Below, in pieces: positions 58,790 to 64,000 of a stretch of 64,000 nt of DNA. The stretch is from Theionarchaea archaeon (GTDB lineage: Archaea; Methanobacteriota_B; Thermococci; Methanofastidiosales; SZ-28-30): the NCBI GenBank assembly GCA_018992685.1, contig JACVGT010000002.1, forward strand, positions 16,294-80,293, written 5' to 3'. Position numbers and translations under genes: made by a program. Under the pieces are notes generated by a model. The model saw only the letters and a list, made by a program, of their open reading frames with translations, was not told where the DNA came from and searched no databases. Positions within the stretch are counted from its first letter, which is position 1. The number at the start of each line of letters is the position of its first letter.

Positions 58790-59846
58790 GAAGACGCCTC
58801 AACTCCTGTACAAGCATTTCATTGGTTTCGTGTGGTTTCACACACAGTCTCACGTGAGAGGAGTCCAACCCCCTGAAGTTTGAACAATCTCGTATTAGGA
58901 CTCCCCTCCCCAGGAGCAGTCTTTTCAACCTATGGGATTGGATTTTTGTCTTCAAGAGAAAGAAGTTAGTATCTGAAGGATAGGGATCAAGATAAGGGAT
59001 CTTTGAGAGTTCTGAATAGAGATAGTGCTTCTCTCTTTCTAAGAATCTTCGTGTATCTTCAATGAAGGATTCATTGCAGAGGGCCCTTCTCACTGCCTCC
59101 TGTGCGATGTAATTCACATTCCAAGGTGTGGCGACCTTTTCCATGTATGCAATGACATCTTTACTGGAGAATCCATATCCACATCGCAATGCAGGTATAG
59201 CGTACAGTTTTGTTGCTGACTTTAAGACAAACAGATTTGGGGTTGATTCCTGGACGAGAGATTTCCTACGAGAAAAATCAATGAATGCTTCATCTAGAAA
59301 TACGATAACGCCTCTTTTCTCAGCTTCATCCACCACAGACATGATGTCCTCTGAATAGAATCCTGTGGGATTATTGGGATTGCAGAGAAAGATAACCTTT
59401 GTCAGATCTCCTATTTTCTCTATGATCTCATGAGGGTCAATGAGCAGGTTCTTCATCTCTACAAATGTACACGTTCCTCCATGCAATTTCACCATCCTTT
59501 CGTATTCAGAAAACGTTGGAACAGGTATGAGTACTTCGTCTCCTTTCTTTAAAAAACACTGACAGAACAAGCGTAAGACTTCAAGAGAACCATTTCCAAC
59601 AATGATATTCTCCACGGGAACTGAATAGGTACATGAGAGTTGTTCTTTTAATCTGGTACAACCTGTATCAGGATAGTGACGTAATTGTACGGGGTCAAGG
59701 GTTTTGATGAATTCCACTATCTCTGCAGGAGGTCCCAGAGGATTCACATTGGCACTGAAATCGATGGCATCATAGTGAATGGCATCGTCACCATGAGAAT
59801 AATCAGGTAAGGAACGTATGTCAGGATTGGGACAGAAGATATGCAT
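58773..59846 (-). CDS. cobD: L-threonine-O-3-phosphate decarboxylase
   Basis: HG...DFSANVNPLGPP, CNPNNPTG, DEAFIDF, SATKLYAIPALR, IRDCSNFRGL; first gene of the cob operon. Confidence 0.85.
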   Translation of the reverse strand: MHIFCPNPDIRSLPDYSHGDDAIHYDAIDFSANVNPLGPPAEIVEFIKTLDPVQLRHYPDTGCTRLKEQLSCTYSVPVENIIVGNGSLEVLRLFCQCFLKKGDEVLIPVPTFSEYERMVKLHGGTCTFVEMKNLLIDPHEIIEKIGDLTKVIFLCNPNNPTGFYSEDIMSVVDEAEKRGVIVFLDEAFIDFSRRKSLVQESTPNLFVLKSATKLYAIPALRCGYGFSSKDVIAYMEKVATPWNVNYIAQEAVRRALCNESFIEDTRRFLEREKHYLYSELSKIPYLDPYPSDTNFFLLKTKIQSHRLKRLLLGRGVLIRDCSNFRGLDSSHVRLCVKPHETNEMLVQELRRLHEEPE

Positions 59847-59865
59847 GGATGGTCAATCCATCCAT
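59845..59865. promoter_or_regulatory. Operator palindrome ATGGATGG-N5-CCATCCAT at the cobD start
   Basis: Perfect 8-bp arms overlapping the ATG, next to a minus-strand TTTAAAA TATA (~59869..59875). Confidence 0.85.
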
Positions 59866-60072
59866 TCCTTTTAAAGGTTCTGTCAGAGGGGTTCAGGGAT
59901 AGGAAATGAGATATGTTGAAGAGGGGAGTTGGGAATCCAAGGAGTCCTCGAATTCTTTGAGACATTTCAGGGGATAGGGACAGGAATTCTGAGTGAAGAG
60001 GCATCTGTTTTTAAAGTTCTTCCGAAGGAGATACTCCTGCGATTTCCCGGAGAATCACAATGTTTATATATA

Positions 60073-60095
60073 GATGGATGGATAAGCCATCCATC
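60073..60095. promoter_or_regulatory. Operator palindrome GATGGATGG-N5-CCATCCATC upstream of cblT
   Basis: Perfect 9-bp arms 2 nt downstream of TTTATATA (60063..60070). Confidence 0.85.
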
Positions 60096-60106
60096 AAGGT
60101 GATATC

Positions 60107-60586
60107 ATGGAATTTTCATCTTCAGCAAAAGTTGCACGTATTGGTGTATTCGTGTCTCTGGCACTTGTTGGTTCATTCATTAAGATTCCAAGCCCCATAG
60201 GGAGTCCAGCACTTGATTCAGCCCCGGGATATTTCTGCTCACTTGCTTTTGGAGCATTTGAAGGGAGTATGGTAGCAGCATTGGGGCACGTTGTGACGGG
60301 TCTCACTGCGGGGTTTCCCCTGGGATTGCTTCACGGATTGATTGCTGTGGGAATGGGTGGATGTGCTGTATTGTTCAGGTACGTATATGAGAGAGTGAAC
60401 CTCACGTGTGCTGTACTTCTTGTTGTTATAATGAACGGAATTGTCCTCCCCGTCGTGGTGATTCCCGGGTTTGGAGTTCCTCTGTATGTCAGTATTGTCC
60501 CTTCGTTGGTAGTAGCATCAGTGGTGAACAGTGTACTGGCTGGGGGAATATACGTTAAAGTGAAAGAGAGGATAGTCTCCCGGTGA
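60107..60586 (+). CDS. cblT: ECF S-component, alpha-ribazole transporter-like
   Basis: GSFIKIPSPIGSPALDSAPG...GFPLG; paired with cblS in a cob context. Confidence 0.75.
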   Translation: MEFSSSAKVARIGVFVSLALVGSFIKIPSPIGSPALDSAPGYFCSLAFGAFEGSMVAALGHVVTGLTAGFPLGLLHGLIAVGMGGCAVLFRYVYERVNLTCAVLLVVIMNGIVLPVVVIPGFGVPLYVSIVPSLVVASVVNSVLAGGIYVKVKERIVSR

Positions 60587-60590
60587 TGGT

Positions 60591-61292
60591 GTGAAGATTC
60601 ATCAAGAGAAGGATGTGACAGTGATTGAAGAGTGTGAGAAAACCATAGTGGTATCATGCGATTCTGCTGGAGCGATTGGCTACAAAAAGCATGATATCTT
60701 ACAAGTTGATCCATATCTTGTAGGAAGGATCACTACACGAGTTGCGCTCATGGAACTGGCATGTGTAGGTGCAACTCCCTTGGTGATTGTTGATACCTTG
60801 TGTGTGGAAATGGATCCCACAGGTGAGAGAATTCTCGAGGGCATTAAAGAAGAAGCGAAAGAGATAGCAGTCATTACTGGAAGTACTGAAGAAAACATGA
60901 AGACCTGTCAGACAGGTGTGGGAATCATGTGCATTGGAATGTGTGATTCTCTGAGAGTTGGAAAGAGTAATCAGGGTGATCTTGTGGTTGCTGTAGGTAT
61001 TCCAATGGTTGGGAGTGATGTGTTGGGAAGTGGTGAGGCTATAGCTGATTTGCAGGATGTTGAGACTCTTCTATCACTAGAGTATATTGGAGCTATTCTT
61101 CCTGTAGGTTCAAAAGGAATTAGAAAAGAAGCAGTGTGTCTGGGTCCTGTAAAATTCCTTGACTCAGGCCTTGACTTAGATGGTTCATGTGGTCCCTCCA
61201 CCGTTGTTCTGATTACAATTCCCAAAGAAAGGGTGAGAGATTTGAAGAATGTCGTGAAAAAGCCGATAACTGCTGTGGCAGAATTGCTCTAG
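60591..61292 (+). CDS. cblS: Alpha-ribazole kinase-like (PurM/AIR synthase fold)
   Basis: SCDSAGAIG.K..D, RVALME, TGSTEEN, LPVGSKG, GPST. Confidence 0.75.
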   Translation: MKIHQEKDVTVIEECEKTIVVSCDSAGAIGYKKHDILQVDPYLVGRITTRVALMELACVGATPLVIVDTLCVEMDPTGERILEGIKEEAKEIAVITGSTEENMKTCQTGVGIMCIGMCDSLRVGKSNQGDLVVAVGIPMVGSDVLGSGEAIADLQDVETLLSLEYIGAILPVGSKGIRKEAVCLGPVKFLDSGLDLDGSCGPSTVVLITIPKERVRDLKNVVKKPITAVAELL

Positions 61293-61360
61293 CATTCTAC
61301 TCGAAATTGGCTTTCTCCTGAGAGATCCATCAAACAGACGAGCCAATGAAAGATTCGGTA

Positions 61361-61510
61361 GATGATGAGAACCCATCCTGGTCATCCGATGGGAAGAAAA
61401 TTGCATTTGAATCAGATCGAGATGGGAATAGAGACATATGTCATGAATGCTGATGGTACTAATCAGGTGAATATGTCCAATAATCCCGCTGATGATTCAT
61501 TGTATCCCTT
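61361..61510 (+). pseudogene. Frameshifted PD40/TolB-repeat gene fragment
   Basis: One frame reads DDENPSWSSDGKKIAFESDRDGNRDI, then shifts to (Y)VMNADGTNQVNMSNNPADD; no plausible start or full-length gene. Confidence 0.7.
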
Positions 61511-61782
61511 TCAGGGACAGCCTAAGGGTTCTCCACTCCCATAGATCTGAATCGGTGTCATTCATTACAGTAGTCGGCATATATCCATCGATATGACTGT
61601 CGCGCTCAGGACAACACTTATATTGAACAAAACCACCGGGCAATCCATGGCTACAGAATCCAGAAGAAGATTCACCTTCCCCGTAGGATACCATGAGTTC
61701 CACAGAGACCAGGTTTTCAATTTCCAGCTCAATCGCTGGTATTCTCTTGGATATACACGATTCGAAGATATGAAAGAGGCGG
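61493..61782 (+). repeat. 290-bp direct repeat, copy 2
   Basis: Matches 43036..43325. Confidence 0.92.
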
Positions 61783-62798
61783 GTCAGCAGATTGAGACTT
61801 TCGATGATTGGAAACGAGTAATGGTGAACCTTGCCGAGAAAGCTGTCTCAGATGAAAGGCTCATGAATGCAGCGTTCTACTATCGGGCGGCTGAATTCTA
61901 CACATTTTCAAATGATCCCGACAAAGAGCTCCTGTATGATACGTTCATTAAGCTGTTTTGCGAGTGTTTCAGCAATGATGGAATTGAAAGACTCCGAGTT
62001 CCCTATGGTGAAACATTTCTGCCGATCATGAAAATACCTCATGAAGGACAGAAAAAAGGCACTATCGTCATGCATGGGGGATTTGATTCATATATTGAGG
62101 AGTTTTATTCCTGGATGAGATATTTCTCAGACCATGGCTATGATGTTTTCTCGTTTGAAGGTCCAGGCCAGGGTGCTGCTTTGAAGAAATACGGGCTTGT
62201 TCTGGACTACCAATGGGAAAAGCCCACAAGGGCCGTGTTGGATTTTATCGACCTGAATGACGTCACGTTGCTCGGAATATCAATGGGCGGCTATTTCTGC
62301 TTCAGGGCTTCAGCATTCGAATCAAGAATAAGAAGAGTCATCGCGTCAGGGATAGCCTATGACTACATGCAGTTTGAGAATATTGTAAACCGGAATATAA
62401 TGAACTTCTTTGCCAAATACTTCAGGAATTTCACCAATAAGATGGCTCTGAAGAAGATGGAAGAGGACAGAATGCATGCATGGACCATCAGCAACCTGAT
62501 GTACATCACCGGGACCAAAACACCCATGGAAGCACTGGATGTCGTCTATCAGCTTAGTGCTGAGAACCTTCACTCGGATCTGGTCAAGCAAGATGTCCTG
62601 CTTCTTACTGGAAGAGAAGATCACTTCATTCCTTTCAAGATGCATGAGAAACAGGTGAGAGCATTGACCCATGCCAGATCTGTAACAGGCAGGATCTTTA
62701 CCAGCAAGGAACACGCTCAGAACCATTGCCAAATAGGAAACGTAGGTCTTGCACTCGATGTTATGGTGCAATGGATTGAAGAAAAATCACATCCGTAA
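61647..62798 (+). CDS. Alpha/beta hydrolase (FrsA / 2,6-dihydroxypseudooxynicotine hydrolase-like)
   Basis: YYRAAEF, HGGFDS, EGPGQG, GISMGG nucleophile elbow, EDH, HCQIGN. TTATAT TATA ~25 nt before ATG 61647. Confidence 0.85.
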   Translation: MATESRRRFTFPVGYHEFHRDQVFNFQLNRWYSLGYTRFEDMKEAGQQIETFDDWKRVMVNLAEKAVSDERLMNAAFYYRAAEFYTFSNDPDKELLYDTFIKLFCECFSNDGIERLRVPYGETFLPIMKIPHEGQKKGTIVMHGGFDSYIEEFYSWMRYFSDHGYDVFSFEGPGQGAALKKYGLVLDYQWEKPTRAVLDFIDLNDVTLLGISMGGYFCFRASAFESRIRRVIASGIAYDYMQFENIVNRNIMNFFAKYFRNFTNKMALKKMEEDRMHAWTISNLMYITGTKTPMEALDVVYQLSAENLHSDLVKQDVLLLTGREDHFIPFKMHEKQVRALTHARSVTGRIFTSKEHAQNHCQIGNVGLALDVMVQWIEEKSHP

Positions 62799-63086
62799 GG
62801 GGAGAATCCATTCGGCCTGGAAGTACTCCTCAGATTCTGCCTTCTCCTGGAAAACCTTTTACATAATGGGGGTTGGCTGTTCTTATTGTGTCCTGTAAGC
62901 GATCAGAGCTTTCTGCAAAAGCTACGCGGCACTAAAATTTATAAGAGAGGAAAAGGGCTTGAGGGCCAGCGTTATTGAGCTCCGCTGAAGTTCTCATTGC
63001 TGAAGAAAAATAAACGATCCCTGAGGAGTTCCCAAACCAGTCCAGGACGTATCTCAGGAGATCTTGTCTTAGATATGTTCTCTGTT

Positions 63087-63995
63087 TCAGGTAGGCTTTT
63101 CACCCTTCACGTTGATACTCACTATAGATTGCAGAACTTCAAAAGCTTTCTCAGGTGAGATGGAGAATTTCTCAGCAACAGCTCCTACAGCAGGATCCTC
63201 ACGTACGTGCTCAACCACAACTGGTGTCTCTTTCTCGATGGTGACATTGACAAACCCGGCATTCTTTACGAGCCCTACATAGCTGTCCTTCAGTACAGCT
63301 CCACCCATGCAGGAGACATATGCATCCACCGAATTCCTGATTGCTTCTGGAATCTCCTTCAGTAACACCATGTCTGAGATCATCAACCGTCCTCCTGGCC
63401 TGAGCACTCTGAAAGCTTCCTCAAAGACTTTCTTCTTGTCAGCAGACAGATTGATGACACAGTTTGATATTATCACATCAACGGAGTTGTCCCCTGCAGG
63501 TAAATGTTCTATTTCACCCAGTCTGAATTCAACATTTCCGGAGTCGAATCCTTCTGCATTCTCTCGTGCTTTGTCAATCATTTCAGGAGTCATGTCGACA
63601 CCAATCACTTTTCCAGTGGTACCAACCTTCTTTGCCGCCAGGAAGCAGTCAAACCCTGCACCCGATCCCAGGTCCAGGACAGTCTCTCCTTCACGCAAGG
63701 AAGCGAGAGCAACTGGATTTCCACACCCAAGTCCGAGATTGGAGTCGTCAGGCACATCTTTGAGATCTTCTCCAGAATACCCCAGCATCTTAGCAATCTC
63801 TTCCAGATTACTTGTACATGCAGCCCCCATTTCGAATTTCTTGGTCTTCTTCTCTTTTCCTGCTGAAGATCCGCAGCATCCTGACCGGACTTCCACAGCC
63901 TGTGCGTTCCCCTGGCAGCAGGAAGATCTAGCTTGTTTCTGGGCTACTCTGGCATAGCCTTCCCGTACGACTTTCTTAATTTCATTCTCTTTCAT
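63087..63995 (-). CDS. arsM: Arsenite S-adenosylmethionine methyltransferase
   Basis: N-terminal CC pairs, [32 protein letters not shown]. Confidence 0.9.
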   Translation of the reverse strand: MKENEIKKVVREGYARVAQKQARSSCCQGNAQAVEVRSGCCGSSAGKEKKTKKFEMGAACTSNLEEIAKMLGYSGEDLKDVPDDSNLGLGCGNPVALASLREGETVLDLGSGAGFDCFLAAKKVGTTGKVIGVDMTPEMIDKARENAEGFDSGNVEFRLGEIEHLPAGDNSVDVIISNCVINLSADKKKVFEEAFRVLRPGGRLMISDMVLLKEIPEAIRNSVDAYVSCMGGAVLKDSYVGLVKNAGFVNVTIEKETPVVVEHVREDPAVGAVAEKFSISPEKAFEVLQSIVSINVKGEKPT

Positions 63996-64000
63996 GTCAA

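Noticed and set aside
59866-60062. Possible cobalamin riboswitch between the divergent cob operons
   Set aside because: TATA boxes lie within ~25-40 nt of the start codons, so this DNA is upstream of the transcripts; no B12-box recognised.
1-64000. tRNA/rRNA genes, CRISPR arrays, IS elements, integrases
   Set aside because: None recognised by eye; the Cas4-like nuclease has no cas1/cas2 or array beside it. A covariance-model search would be needed to exclude small RNAs.

Overview
Archaeal chromosomal window. Promoters are BRE/TATA type, ribosome-binding sites are GGAGGTGA, and the cobY/cbiS/TctA-type genes are archaeal; the gene style is reminiscent of Theionarchaea/Thermococci relatives (inference). 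Left to right: (1) two S8 subtilases and an M14 carboxypeptidase; the two complete genes end in a C-L-G-T/transmembrane/basic tail, and a translationally coupled UbiA prenyltransferase plus CPBP(Rce1-like)-DUF2085 pair sits inside the cluster, a candidate C-terminal prenyl-anchoring/sorting system; (2) a TctA/OB-fold pair, a Cys-rich surface protein, and feoA-feoB-DtxR with its operator; (3) regulators and a CHAT-STAND-TPR protein; (4) a GNAT, an 82-aa peptide with a duplicated QGPCGGCD core and a radical SAM/SPASM enzyme (candidate RiPP); (5) assorted metabolic genes; (6) an SSS-transporter operon with two LysA paralogues and DapF; (7) an ~18 kb block bracketed by a 290-bp direct repeat, holding a UvrD helicase/PD-(D/E)XK nuclease/DpdA operon, a serine hydrolase and a cobamide salvage cluster whose three promoters share a TGGATGG-N5-CCATCCA palindrome; (8) an alpha/beta hydrolase and arsM. 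No tRNA, rRNA, CRISPR array or transposase was recognised. Product calls come from motif recognition by eye, not database searches.
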